Shown piece after piece: positions 52,918 through 63,359 of a DNA stretch of 64,000 nucleotides. Position numbers and translations under genes: made by a program. The DNA lies in assembly GCA_963769935.1 (NCBI GenBank), contig CAVYNY010000038.1:1-64000 (forward strand), written 5' to 3'. A model generated the notes under the pieces. The model was not told the DNA's origin. It worked only from the letters and a program-made list of their open reading frames with translations, and ran no database searches. Every line of letters starts with the position of its first letter. Within the stretch, counting starts at the first letter, position 1. This DNA is from an uncultured delta proteobacterium. Its GTDB lineage: Bacteria > Desulfobacterota > Desulfobacteria > Desulfobacterales > JAFDCJ01.

Positions 52918-54308
52918 TTCCGGTACAAGCCTGTCCCATCAGCGGAGGTGAGGTTGTAGGCGCAAAACGGGACCAATCCGTAACGCGAATCCCAGACGTG
53001 GATGCAGCAATCGCGCAGCCGTTCCAGGTCCAGGGTCCAGGCATCCTGAAAGGCCATGGCCGATACCGTCAGGGTATGGGTGCGCGCCCGGTCCAAAAAA
53101 TCCTCCAACCGCATGGGTCCGTCATCCGGAGCACCTAAACCGCAGGCCGGATCACCGGCCGCCGTCCCGGGGCCGGCGGCTGTACCGTCCCTGGGACCGG
53201 CCCACTGCCGGGAGACTCGCGCCATGGTGCGCAATGCACTTTCCCGGGCCGGTATCGGTTTGCAGCAGTCCGATGGCTGCGCGTGCTGCAGGCGCCGGAC
53301 GCCGCCGCCCGGCAGCGTAAGATAGTCGGCGTGAAACGAGCACCAGGCATTTTCGCAGCCGGGCGGCCGGAAATCCGCCGCCTTGAACATACCCTCGGAC
53401 TGGTGTTCGATGGCCGCCATGAGCTCCGGCAGGGTGATCCGGGAGGCGTCGATCGGCGGCTGCGGGCAGCGCCCAAAATAGCTGACGGGCTGGAAGTGGA
53501 TGCCGCGCACAATCGGCGACCGGCCGGCGGCGAACCGCAGCAGGGCCCCGATTTGCCCGGTATTCACCCCCGGTACCAATGTGGGCACCAATACCACCCC
53601 GATACCGTGTCGGCCGCAGGCTTCGATCGCCCGCCGCTTGACATCCAGCAGCGCCGCGCCGCGCAGCCTCAGGTAAACGTCGTCGTCGGTGCCGTCGAAC
53701 TGCAAAAATACGCTGGCCAGACCCGCGTCCTTGAGCGCTTTCAGATAGCCGCCGTCGCGACCCAGCCGGATGCCGTTGGTGTTCAGCTGGATAAAGACAA
53801 ACCCTGCTTCCCGGCCGGCGGCCACGATTTCGGGCAGGTCGTCGCGCTGGGTCGGCTCGCCCCCGGAAAGCTGAATGTTGCTTCCGGCAGCCATCTGCTG
53901 AACGGTCCGAAACCAGGTCCGAATCTCCTCCGGCACGGGGTCGCCGTCCTGCCCGGGACCCGATGCGGCAAAGCACACCGGACAGCTGAGGTTGCAGCGG
54001 CGCGTCACCTCAAACAGAACCGTACAGGAGCGCTGCCGGTGATCCGGACACAGCCCGCAGTCAAAGGGACAGCCCCGCAGCCGTTCGTGCTGAACGGGAT
54101 GAAGCAGAATAGGCGTCTTGGGGCGCTGCCACTGCTGCATTGCGGGCCGGCCCCGCCAGATGGCGGTCCTGAATTCCCCGTGCGCCGGGCAGCTTTTGAC
54201 CAGCTGCACCTGATCGCCGCAAGTGACCCGCCGGGCTGCAATGCGGTCCAGACAAACCGGGCAGAGGCTTTCGGTGGTGTCGCTTTCCATGATCACATAT
54301 TCCAACAT
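52914..54308 (-). CDS. trsS: Radical SAM protein (TrsS/DVU_1554-like), Cys form
   Basis: CPFDCGLCPDH, CNLSCPVC, C-terminal DLERLRDCCIH...PFCAYN. Confidence 0.85.
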   Translation of the reverse strand: MLEYVIMESDTTESLCPVCLDRIAARRVTCGDQVQLVKSCPAHGEFRTAIWRGRPAMQQWQRPKTPILLHPVQHERLRGCPFDCGLCPDHRQRSCTVLFEVTRRCNLSCPVCFAASGPGQDGDPVPEEIRTWFRTVQQMAAGSNIQLSGGEPTQRDDLPEIVAAGREAGFVFIQLNTNGIRLGRDGGYLKALKDAGLASVFLQFDGTDDDVYLRLRGAALLDVKRRAIEACGRHGIGVVLVPTLVPGVNTGQIGALLRFAAGRSPIVRGIHFQPVSYFGRCPQPPIDASRITLPELMAAIEHQSEGMFKAADFRPPGCENAWCSFHADYLTLPGGGVRRLQHAQPSDCCKPIPARESALRTMARVSRQWAGPRDGTAAGPGTAAGDPACGLGAPDDGPMRLEDFLDRARTHTLTVSAMAFQDAWTLDLERLRDCCIHVWDSRYGLVPFCAYNLTSADGTGLYRK

Positions 54309-54401
54309 TTAAAAACTGGTCCCCTGAGGCAACGACCACCCCACCGGGGTAAAATTAAACACGATGTAAGCGGGGCCGCTGAGCCAGAACTCTCTTCTCC
54401 T

Positions 54402-54845
54402 TCATTCGCCGGAAATGTCGAAGCCGTTGACAGTCAGGATTTCCAGCACCTTGTCATAGGTCTGGGCCACAATCGTGCCGCAACGCTGCCGGGCGGCCTG
54501 CGGTCCTTCCTCGCCCACGATGGTCTCGCAGGTGATTCCGCCGAAAGGCCCGCCCACCTGTTCCTCAAACCAGTCGGACAGCTCCTGCAGCATCAGCATC
54601 AACCGGTCCGAGCCCTGCTCGTCATCCCGGCCCTTGCCGGCATAAAGGCCAAGGACGCAACAACCTCCGGTCAGGGTGCCGCAGGTAGAGCGGCCGCCGC
54701 CGCAGCCGTAGGCCAGTCCCGACATAGAGCGGATCAGGGAGGGATTGTCCTCGCCGCGCAGCTCCAAAAAAAGCCGGAGCAGAATCTGGCTGCATCCATA
54801 GCCCTGGCCGGAAAGCTGCAGCAGGCGGATCATGATGTCGTCCAT
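54402..54845 (-). CDS. C-GCAxxG-C-C family redox protein (DVU_1555-like)
   Basis: CSQ, TCGTLTGG, ITC, RC. Confidence 0.85.
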   Translation of the reverse strand: MDDIMIRLLQLSGQGYGCSQILLRLFLELRGEDNPSLIRSMSGLAYGCGGGRSTCGTLTGGCCVLGLYAGKGRDDEQGSDRLMLMLQELSDWFEEQVGGPFGGITCETIVGEEGPQAARQRCGTIVAQTYDKVLEILTVNGFDISGE

Positions 54846-54847
54846 CG

Positions 54848-55060
54848 TTATTTGTCTTCCAGGAGCTGTTCCACCTCGGCCATTATGCCAAGGGCCAGGT
54901 TCTCCGATATCAGAACAAACCCGCAGACCGGACAGGTCGGAAGCTCGGTCGTAAATTGGTTGCCCATGTATTCAGCAGTCACCGGGCCCACCTGAAGCGG
55001 CTGGTTGCATTTGCGGCACAGCCATTCCAGGTCTTCGGGACGGACGTTTTCGATTTTCAT
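54848..55060 (-). CDS. Small CxxC-CxxC protein (DVU_1557-like)
   Basis: WLCRKC...CPVCG...EVEQLLEDK; GGAGG RBS. Confidence 0.85.
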   Translation of the reverse strand: MKIENVRPEDLEWLCRKCNQPLQVGPVTAEYMGNQFTTELPTCPVCGFVLISENLALGIMAEVEQLLEDK

Positions 55061-57381
55061 GTCGTCAGTCCTCCGGTTACCGTCATGCGATGGCTGTAGG
55101 CATTGTGAATCACGAACCCCTCGGAGGACGCAGAGTACTCGACCCAGATGGTGGCCTGGTAGCGGCGGGAACAGGCTTTCAGATGTCCGCTTTGAGGATG
55201 AACAAGGCTGCCGCCGGAGCTTTCCGCTTCGTGGATCACCTGTTTGAGATCCTCGTCCAGAATTCGCCGCTTTTCCAGGATTTCGCGGACGTCGGGAGCA
55301 ATCACGAGGGTGATGGTTTCGTATGGCTGCATGCTTTTTCCCTCCTCTTGCCAAAAGGTGCTGAGCATCGTTGTGCGCAGCCGCTCCCGGTTTTCCCGCC
55401 GTTCGGACCAGCGCGCCCGCGGTCGCGACGCCGGATCCGGTCCTTCCGCATCCGGGAAGATGAGATCCAGGATATGCAGCGCACGCTTGCCCACAGCAGC
55501 CAGACTGTCCCGGCACATGGCGCAGTATGTGAGGTAGTCGTGCGGACTCAGCCTCGCCCGGCGGGCGGCAACTTCGCGGGACAGATCCGCGTTGGCGTTT
55601 TGCATCAGTCCTCCGAAGCCGCAGCACTCGGTTTTATCCCGGCCGAGGTCCAGTTCCTCCCCGGCCACCGCCAGATGCTCCAAAAGATTGCGCACCGCTC
55701 CCTGGATGGCCGGGTAAGCCCGCGTGGTGCACGGGTCGTGGATCGCCAGCGCACGTTTTGCACCGTCGTCTGAGGGTTGCGACAGACCCGTCTCATCCAG
55801 CAGCTGCCAAAGAGAGATCACCGGGACCTGCGGCAGGTGCTCCGAAAACATCCGGAAACAGGTCGAACAGGCGGCGATCATCCGGGGTCTTCCCAGAAAG
55901 TTCCAGTCTTTCAGAAAGTCATTGCACACGCTGCGAAACTCGTCTTCCCGGCCGGCCCACCAGGCCGGCGCGCCGCAGCAGCCCAGCATCAGGCCTACGC
56001 CTTCGGAAAAATTGGCGGCCAGATGCGTATAGACATTCCGGACGCGGTCAGGAGATGAGGCGCACAGCTGGCAGCCGGGAAAAAAGGCCTGGGTGGTTGC
56101 CTTACCCGCCGGCGCAGGACGTACCAGGTGAAAGCGTTCGCTTTGGCTGAAACGCATGTCCTGGAGGGCGAACTCGTGGGCCGAGGGCGGCATCTTGCCT
56201 CGTTGGACCATGCTGCGCCGCGCCTGCAGACAGAGGTCCTGCATGGCGAAATCTTCGGGACAAACACGCTCGCACAGTCCGCACAGGCTGCAGGAGTTGA
56301 CCAGTTTATTGGCCTGGCGCATCCCCATGACGATGGACTCGTTGTTGTAGATTTCGCGGGCATACCTGCGCGGATAGGCGCCGAAGCCTTCCAGGTAGGC
56401 GCAGACCTTGACGCACTCCAGGCATTCGCACTGCAGGCAGCGGCGGGCCTCCGCCACGGCTTCCTCGAGCGAGTAGCCGGATTCCGGATCAGCCGGCGCC
56501 GATTTAGGCAGCGGCTCGACGCCTGCGAGGCTGGTAAAAAGACGGGTGCGGAAAGGGCCGTCTTTCTCGCGGCCTGCGGTCAGCGAGACCTTCTGGAGAT
56601 AGCGGTCGATGGAAGTCGCGGCCCAGCGGCCTTCGGCTGCCTGAATGACCGGCGATCCCTGCGTGGTTTCAATCAAGCCGCCGGCGAAGACCCCCGACCG
56701 TGAGGTTGACTGGACCATGGGATTGATCAAAATCCGGCCGGCATCGTCCCGGTCGAGGTCCCCCTCGCTGCCCGCAACCGCATCCAGTCCGAGATAGACC
56801 GCGTCGCAATCCGCCAGGCATTGCTCCAGAAAGGCCGGCGGTCTGATATCCGCCTCCAGGTTCACGGCGACGTCGAGGCCGAGCAGTCGATCCAGTTCAT
56901 CTGCTAAAACATCTGCCGGCAGCCGCTGGACATGCATTTCCAGCAGCGGCCCGCCCAGGCTCGATCCGGGCTCGAACAGGCGAATGGAATAGCCCTTGCG
57001 GGCTAAATCCCAGGCAGCAGTCAGTCCGCTTAAACCGCTGCCGATGACGGCGACGGTTTGCCCCCGCCGGGGCAGCGGTTGCACGCGTATGGCAGGCGGC
57101 GGGGTTGCAACGCAGGCGCGCTCCAAATCGCCGATCTGGATCGGGTCTCCGGCTTCCCGGCGCTTGCAGCGCTGCCGGCAGGGGGCATTGCAGATCCGTC
57201 CCAGGATGCCGGCAAAGGGCATGGTTTTGCGCAAAATCTTCCAGGCTTCCACCCACTCGCCCTTGGCCACATGGCCGGCAAAGGCCCGCCCGTCCACGTG
57301 AATCGGGCAGGCCGCCGTGCATTCCGGAGGCTCCTCCTGGATGCAGCGCTGTTCGAGCGCTCTGAGCTCTTTTTGGTCCAT
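55057..57381 (-). CDS. Flavin/FeS oxidoreductase with CCG domains (DVU_1558-like)
   Basis: CTAACP, GRICNAPC, IGSGLSG, CSLCGLCERVCP, CCG motifs. Confidence 0.88.
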   Translation of the reverse strand: MDQKELRALEQRCIQEEPPECTAACPIHVDGRAFAGHVAKGEWVEAWKILRKTMPFAGILGRICNAPCRQRCKRREAGDPIQIGDLERACVATPPPAIRVQPLPRRGQTVAVIGSGLSGLTAAWDLARKGYSIRLFEPGSSLGGPLLEMHVQRLPADVLADELDRLLGLDVAVNLEADIRPPAFLEQCLADCDAVYLGLDAVAGSEGDLDRDDAGRILINPMVQSTSRSGVFAGGLIETTQGSPVIQAAEGRWAATSIDRYLQKVSLTAGREKDGPFRTRLFTSLAGVEPLPKSAPADPESGYSLEEAVAEARRCLQCECLECVKVCAYLEGFGAYPRRYAREIYNNESIVMGMRQANKLVNSCSLCGLCERVCPEDFAMQDLCLQARRSMVQRGKMPPSAHEFALQDMRFSQSERFHLVRPAPAGKATTQAFFPGCQLCASSPDRVRNVYTHLAANFSEGVGLMLGCCGAPAWWAGREDEFRSVCNDFLKDWNFLGRPRMIAACSTCFRMFSEHLPQVPVISLWQLLDETGLSQPSDDGAKRALAIHDPCTTRAYPAIQGAVRNLLEHLAVAGEELDLGRDKTECCGFGGLMQNANADLSREVAARRARLSPHDYLTYCAMCRDSLAAVGKRALHILDLIFPDAEGPDPASRPRARWSERRENRERLRTTMLSTFWQEEGKSMQPYETITLVIAPDVREILEKRRILDEDLKQVIHEAESSGGSLVHPQSGHLKACSRRYQATIWVEYSASSEGFVIHNAYSHRMTVTGGLTT

Positions 57382-57579
57382 CGAATAATCCTGACACCTG
57401 AAACCCTATTCATGATAGATTTAATTATTTCAATTGTCTTCTTATCTTGCGACCAAGTTGCAATTTGAGGCTATAAAGCCGCGGCGAACCGTGGAATTCG
57501 ATCCACGGCGCGCCGCTTATCACGAATTGATATGCCTCGCCAACTATCACGTAATTGCCCTCGCTAACGGGGCCTTTTT

Positions 57580-60300
57580 CTATTTGGCTTTCAGGCCGGC
57601 CAGCACTTTTTCCGGCAGGGCCGGCAGTTGGGTGATACGCACCCCCGTAGCGTTGTTGATGGCATTGATCACCGCTACGTGGGAGGATGTCAGCGGCAGT
57701 TCACCGACACCGGCCGCACCAAAGGGCCCGTGTTCGCGCGGATTTTCGAAGTAATGAATTTCGATGGCATCCGGAATGGCATTGATGTAAGGGATGCCGC
57801 AGGCCGCCAGGCTGGTGTGCTTTTTGAGGTCTTCGAAATCCTCCGACAGGGCCAGTCCGATACCCTGAGCCACGCCGCCGTAAATCTGCCCGTCCACGAC
57901 CAGTTTGTTGTTGATTTTACCCACATCGGCCATGACCGTGTATTTGTCCACCTGGGTCTTGCCGCTCTGGGTGTCCACGGTGACTTCGGCCATAAAGACC
58001 CCGTACATGTAAACGGCAAAAGGTGAGCCCTGCCCGTTTTCATCGCAGGGCGAACACATGGAGGCCGTCCATTTGCCGGAATACTTCAAGGGGATATTCT
58101 CCGCCTTCATCTCCGCATAGGTGCGGTAAGCGCCGTCTTTCTTGCGCATGGCGTTGAGCAGCATCTCGCAGCCGTTCTTGATGGCGTTGCCGGTCATCAC
58201 CTGTGAGCGGCTGCCGCCGGCCGGACCGCTGTTGGGGGTCACGGCGGTATCGTTCATGAGAAGCCTGATCCGGTCGGGAGCGAGATTCAGCGGGCGCAAC
58301 GCCTCGTGGCAGGTACCGAGGGCGCCCATGTCGGCCCCCTGTCCGTGGTCTTCCCATGAGCAGGCCAGCACAACTCCCTCGGGCGTCAGTTCCACACTCG
58401 CCTCCGAGGCGTCCGGGCCGTCCAAGCCGCAGCCGTAGATTCCAAGCGACAGCCCAACCCCCTTTCTCTGCGCGTCAGTCGATTCAGCCCTGGCATTTTT
58501 GAGGGCGGCCTGGTAGAGGGGCCGCAGTTTATCGAACATTTCCGGGAAGCTGTAAACTTCCGGCGCCTGACCGGTAGGGGCGGTATCGCCGGGACGGTAG
58601 ATGTTTTTGTACCGCAGCTCCAGGGGGTCGATGCCCATCTTTTCAGCAAGTTCGTCCATCAGGCTTTCGGATGCCAGAAAACTCTGCGGAGAGCCATAGG
58701 CGCGGAAGGCAGAGCCCCAGGCATGGTTGGTGCACACGGTCCTGCCCAGGCCGCGGATGTTGGGGATGCCGTAGCCCGAACCGATGAACTGGGCCCCGCG
58801 CACAGTCAGCAGGTCGCCGAACTCCGAATAGGGGCCGTGGTCTACCGCCCAGTCGCTTTCCATGGCGATGATCTTGCCGCTCTCATCCGCACCGTATTTA
58901 AGCTTGATGAAAAACGGCGAACGTTTGCCGGTGTAAGTGATGTGCTGGAAGTAGTCGTATTTCAAGGTTACCGGTTTACCGGTGGCGATGGCCGCCACCC
59001 CGAGGAGGGCCTCCATGGTCGGGCTGAACTTATAGCCGAAGGTTCCGCCCGCGGGATTCTGGACGATCCGCAGCTTTTCAGGCTCGATGCCGAGACCGGG
59101 ACAGATCATCGCGTGATGCAGGTGGATGCCGATGCTTTTCGAATGGATGCACAGCCGGTCTTCATCATCGAAGTAGGCCAGGCCGACGTCCGGCTCCATG
59201 GTGAGGTGCGGCTGGCGCTGCAGGTAGAATTCGTCTTCGACCACGTTAGCGGCCGACTGCATGAGGGGTCCGGTGTCATCGCCCTTGGCGATCTTCTGCT
59301 CGTAGTAGACGTTGGGGGTGCCGGGGTGGATCTCCATGGCATCTTCGGCCATGGCGGCGGGCGCACTCATGTAAGCGGGCAGTTCCTCCAACTCAACCAT
59401 GACCTTTTCAGCCGCAGCCCGGGCATTGGCCTCCGTGTCCGCGGCTACGATGGCGATGGCGTCGCCGAACTGGAAGACTTTTTCGTCGCACAGAATGGGG
59501 CGATCCCAGCCGTCGCCCTTGTTGGAGGCGAACGTGATCAGACCGGTGATGCGGTTTTTGCCTTTAACATCTTTGTGGGTGATGACTTTGGCCACGCCGG
59601 GCATCTTTTCGGCTAGGGAGGTATCAATGGATAAAATCTTGGCATGGGACACCTTGGCCTGGACCAGGGCCAGTCTCAGGGTACCGGGCGGCATTTTAAG
59701 GCCCAGATCGGCCCCGTAGTCGGTGGTTCCGGTGACCTTGGCCACGGCCGAGGGCCGCGGATAGGCCGTGCCCCAGATCCGGCCGTCGGCCGGCAGTTTA
59801 AACGCCAGATCTTTCAAAGTCATCTCGCCCCGCACCACCTTGGCCGCGTCCATGACGGCATCCACCAGCGGCTTGTAGCCGGTGCAGCGGCAGGCGTTGC
59901 GGTGCTTCTGGAACCAATCCCGCACCTGCCGGCGTGTGGGAGCGTTGTTTTCGTCAAGCAGGCCCTTGGCCGAAACAATGAAACCGGGGCTGCAGAACCC
60001 GCACTGGGCGCCGCCGTGTACGGTCCAGGCCAGCTGCAGGGCATGCAGGTTGTCGGGGGTGCCGATGCCCTCGATGGTGGTGACACAGGCGCCGTCCTCC
60101 ACGCGTTTCACTTTGGTAATACAGGAGCGGACAACCTTGCCGTCCAGAATCACCGAACAGCAGCCGCACTGCCCCTGGCCGCACCCCACCTTGGTCCCGG
60201 TGAGTTTCAGCTGCTCCCTCAACACGTCCGCGAGCATGGTGTCGGGCTCCACGATGACGGTCTTGGGCATGCCGTTGATATGAAGCGTCCTTTTGATCAT
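57580..60300 (-). CDS. mop: Molybdopterin aldehyde oxidoreductase Mop
   Basis: 906 aa; GCGQGQCGCC, QCGFCSPG, GGTFGYKF, FRAYG, GVGELP as in Desulfovibrio Mop. Confidence 0.93.
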   Translation of the reverse strand: MIKRTLHINGMPKTVIVEPDTMLADVLREQLKLTGTKVGCGQGQCGCCSVILDGKVVRSCITKVKRVEDGACVTTIEGIGTPDNLHALQLAWTVHGGAQCGFCSPGFIVSAKGLLDENNAPTRRQVRDWFQKHRNACRCTGYKPLVDAVMDAAKVVRGEMTLKDLAFKLPADGRIWGTAYPRPSAVAKVTGTTDYGADLGLKMPPGTLRLALVQAKVSHAKILSIDTSLAEKMPGVAKVITHKDVKGKNRITGLITFASNKGDGWDRPILCDEKVFQFGDAIAIVAADTEANARAAAEKVMVELEELPAYMSAPAAMAEDAMEIHPGTPNVYYEQKIAKGDDTGPLMQSAANVVEDEFYLQRQPHLTMEPDVGLAYFDDEDRLCIHSKSIGIHLHHAMICPGLGIEPEKLRIVQNPAGGTFGYKFSPTMEALLGVAAIATGKPVTLKYDYFQHITYTGKRSPFFIKLKYGADESGKIIAMESDWAVDHGPYSEFGDLLTVRGAQFIGSGYGIPNIRGLGRTVCTNHAWGSAFRAYGSPQSFLASESLMDELAEKMGIDPLELRYKNIYRPGDTAPTGQAPEVYSFPEMFDKLRPLYQAALKNARAESTDAQRKGVGLSLGIYGCGLDGPDASEASVELTPEGVVLACSWEDHGQGADMGALGTCHEALRPLNLAPDRIRLLMNDTAVTPNSGPAGGSRSQVMTGNAIKNGCEMLLNAMRKKDGAYRTYAEMKAENIPLKYSGKWTASMCSPCDENGQGSPFAVYMYGVFMAEVTVDTQSGKTQVDKYTVMADVGKINNKLVVDGQIYGGVAQGIGLALSEDFEDLKKHTSLAACGIPYINAIPDAIEIHYFENPREHGPFGAAGVGELPLTSSHVAVINAINNATGVRITQLPALPEKVLAGLKAK

Positions 60301-60399
60301 CGCTGACCTCCTTTTTTTATCTGCTTATGGTTCAAAATGCCTATTGCAATTACCAACTTTATTCTGACATTGAAATCCTGGCCCTGGGGACAGGATGAT

Positions 60400-61419
60400 T
60401 CACTTGCCGAATCCGCATTGGGGAAAGTTGCATTGCGCGCAGCCGGAGCAGAAACCACCGTAGCCCAATCCGATGAAATCCGCGCGGGTGAGGGTTTCGC
60501 CCGCCAGGATGCGCGGTACGATCAGATCGAAGATGCTGGTGCGGTAATACATGACGCATCCGGGCAGGCCGATAATCGGTACCGCCCCCAGGTAGGCCAG
60601 CATGAACATGGCTCCGGGAAAGACCGGTGCGCCGTAAGTCACGACATGAGCGCCGGTATCCTGAATAGCCGCCGGCGTGCGGTCGTCCGGGTCAACCGAC
60701 ATACCGCCGGTTACAGCCACCATCCCGGCCCCTTCGTCGAGGAATTTTCGAATGGCGCGTGCCGTCATGGCAGGGTCATCCGAGACGAATACCTGGCCCA
60801 TTACAGGGCAGCCCAGTTCGGCGAATTTGACGTGCAGCACCGGGCCGAACTTGTCTTCGATCCGGCCGTGAAACACTTCGCTGCCCGTGGTGACGATGCC
60901 GACCGGGAGTGCGCGCAGCGCCTTGACCTGAATCACCGGGGAATATTCCCGGCAGATCGATTCGACGCGCCGAACATTCTCTTCACGGGTGACCAGCGGA
61001 ATGATGCGGGTGCCGCCTATCGGCTGGTTGCATTCGACCGGCAGGTTGCCGTGCAGCGTCGCAAAGACGACGTCATCGACGGAATTGATCTGCCTCAGGG
61101 CCTCGGGAGCCACTTTCAGAAGTCCATTCAGGGACGCTGTAAGGTTTACCCGCCCTTCGCTGGGGGATGTCAGCTGCAGGCCGGGCCCGGCGGCCGCCGA
61201 GGCAATGCGCGTGGCTGCATCATCCTCGTGAAGGTACCCTTCAGCAAGATCGTAGACATAGACATTGGCTTTGCCCATGTCCAGAAGCGCCTCGACGTCC
61301 TGGGATCTGATGATGTGACCTTTTTTGAAGGCCGGCCCCTTGTGCCCGCCCTTAACAATACGGGTGGCATCGTGGCACAATACCATGCCGACGGCATCAT
61401 AAACGGAAACGCTTTTCAC
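60400..61419 (-). CDS. MoeA-like molybdopterin-binding protein with C-terminal Cys cluster
   Basis: TTGSEV, TGGMSVDPDDRTP, GLPGC, CSGCAQCNFPQC. Confidence 0.85.
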   Translation of the reverse strand: MKSVSVYDAVGMVLCHDATRIVKGGHKGPAFKKGHIIRSQDVEALLDMGKANVYVYDLAEGYLHEDDAATRIASAAAGPGLQLTSPSEGRVNLTASLNGLLKVAPEALRQINSVDDVVFATLHGNLPVECNQPIGGTRIIPLVTREENVRRVESICREYSPVIQVKALRALPVGIVTTGSEVFHGRIEDKFGPVLHVKFAELGCPVMGQVFVSDDPAMTARAIRKFLDEGAGMVAVTGGMSVDPDDRTPAAIQDTGAHVVTYGAPVFPGAMFMLAYLGAVPIIGLPGCVMYYRTSIFDLIVPRILAGETLTRADFIGLGYGGFCSGCAQCNFPQCGFGK

Positions 61420-61579
61420 GGTGAGTCTTCCTTAGTCGGATAATGGGACGCTATCCGGTTGACCCGGCTCAGACGACACCCCACCCCGCATGAGATGTTG
61501 GTTATGGTCAAAAAATATCCTTATTAGTTATTAAATTTTAAGATAGAAGTTTTATTGAAGCCTATTAACAAATAATGCC

Positions 61580-61601
61580 GCTATATCATCATTGACATAG
61601 C
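61580..61601. promoter_or_regulatory. ModE-type operator 3
   Basis: GCTATATC-ATCATT-GACATAGC in the divergent intergenic region. Confidence 0.75.
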
Positions 61602-61830
61602 CTGACTTATATGTTAAACCCCTACCCGCTGTCAAGTCAAAAGGGTATTAATTAAAATATGTATTTATTTCAAATAAATATACTAAATCAGCTTGCCGGC
61701 TTAGCGCTCGCCGACATATACCGAAAATTCAACCATATGGGTTATAAATGGGAATTATTTGTCATAATAAGTGTTAAAATTATAGGGAATAATGACTATA
61801 TTAACTGTAAAATTCAAATAAGATAGATAA

Positions 61831-62637
61831 ATGGATAGTTATATGACTTTTTCGGGCCTCTTACGGCTCGATGCAGGGCAGGCTCTGGAATCCATCGTCC
61901 GACTCAGTACCGAGTTAGAGCACGAGGTTGCTTCGAACCTCATCAATGAAAAGCTGATCGATGATTGGTGGTTGCGAGCCCGTAAATTTGACAGCCACGG
62001 TCCGGGCTACTGGCTGCTGCTGGTTCGCCTGGCCGAGGCGGCCTTGCTGTGCGCCGGAAATTACGCCGACAACTGCGAATACGAGGCTGCGGGTGATTTC
62101 CTGGTGAATCCCCGGCAAATTCTGGTCCGCCGAATGGCCGACGGCCGTGCAACGCCCAAGAACCGGCATGGACGCCTTTCGGATCAGTTCGGCCTTGCAG
62201 GCGTCAAGCGCTGTCATTTGATGAAACGATTCTCAGCCGGCGTGTCCCTGGAGATCACCAAACCTCCGTTGCTTCCGCACATGACCCAAGTTCTCAGACG
62301 GTCCAAGTGCATATCTCCGTCATATCTCGAGCGGCTGGAGGAAAGCCGGCGCCGCATTGCCGACACGTTGGCCTTTCTGGCTGCGTGGCGCATTTTCGAT
62401 TCAGCGGAATTGCGGCGGCGGCTGCAGGCAACTTCAGAGCGGGAAAGAATTTTTGCCGAATCCCATCTGTGCCGGTTCGATACGCAGATCTTCGATCAGA
62501 TTGGCGTGAGTCTAAAGCGAAGTCTGGCGGAGCCGGATTACCGCAGCCCGTTTCTGGCCGAACCCCATTTGAGTGAAAACAAATTGCAGCGAATATCGCC
62601 GGAGACCCTCCGGACGCTCGCCGGTTCGCCGGCCTGA
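61831..62637 (+). CDS. Hypothetical protein, 268 aa
   Basis: Long ORF heading the divergent operon; no family recognised. Confidence 0.7.
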   Translation: MDSYMTFSGLLRLDAGQALESIVRLSTELEHEVASNLINEKLIDDWWLRARKFDSHGPGYWLLLVRLAEAALLCAGNYADNCEYEAAGDFLVNPRQILVRRMADGRATPKNRHGRLSDQFGLAGVKRCHLMKRFSAGVSLEITKPPLLPHMTQVLRRSKCISPSYLERLEESRRRIADTLAFLAAWRIFDSAELRRRLQATSERERIFAESHLCRFDTQIFDQIGVSLKRSLAEPDYRSPFLAEPHLSENKLQRISPETLRTLAGSPA

Positions 62638-62652
62638 ATCATCGGGTAAGCT

Positions 62653-63276
62653 ATGACAATGCTATACCTGTTGCGCCATGGGGCGATCGATTGGCCGGAA
62701 GCCAGGTGCTTCATCGGGCAAACGGATGCCCCGCTCAGCACGGAAGGCCGGTTGCAGGCCAAGTACTGGCGAAAAGAATTACGGAAGCTGGCGTTCACCG
62801 CCGTATGGTCGAGCGATCTGCGGCGTGCGGCCGAAACAGCTGAAATCATTTTTGCCGGCCGCCGGGCAGATCTTCAGACCTGCAGGCAACTGCGGGAAAT
62901 TCAGCTCGGCGAGTGGGAGGGGATGCCCCGGGTCCGCGTGAGGGAGCACCACTCCGACCTCTGGTCCGCCCGCGGCAAAGATATGGCCGGTTTCAGACCC
63001 CCGGGAGGCGAGAGCTTTCGGGATGTGCAGCAGCGTGTGGTCCCGCTGGTTATGCGGATTGCTGCGCAAACACCGGAAAGCGCATGCCTGGTCACGCACG
63101 CCGGGGTTATTCGCGTGCTGATATGCCATTTCCTGCAGATGCCGTTGTCGAATCTTTTTCGAATCCATCTGGATTACGGAAGCCTGAGCATTGTTTCATA
63201 TTCATCTGCGCACTTCCAGGTATGTGTTCTCAACCTTAGACCGGTAGAAAATCCTGGTCCAGCTTCCTGCCCGTAG
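62653..63276 (+). CDS. Histidine phosphatase family protein
   Basis: LRHG, SSDLRRA, GEWEG, GGES, THAGVIR. Confidence 0.9.
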   Translation: MTMLYLLRHGAIDWPEARCFIGQTDAPLSTEGRLQAKYWRKELRKLAFTAVWSSDLRRAAETAEIIFAGRRADLQTCRQLREIQLGEWEGMPRVRVREHHSDLWSARGKDMAGFRPPGGESFRDVQQRVVPLVMRIAAQTPESACLVTHAGVIRVLICHFLQMPLSNLFRIHLDYGSLSIVSYSSAHFQVCVLNLRPVENPGPASCP

Positions 63277-63359
63277 GCAACAGCCCGGAGGGAGAACCAG
63301 GTTTCCAATTTTAACATAATCCGTTGCTGCTCCCCCAACGGGGGAACTTGGAGGTAAGC

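Noticed and set aside
61440..61500. Possible Moco riboswitch upstream of the moeA-like gene
   Set aside because: Conserved stems could not be identified by eye; a covariance-model search is needed
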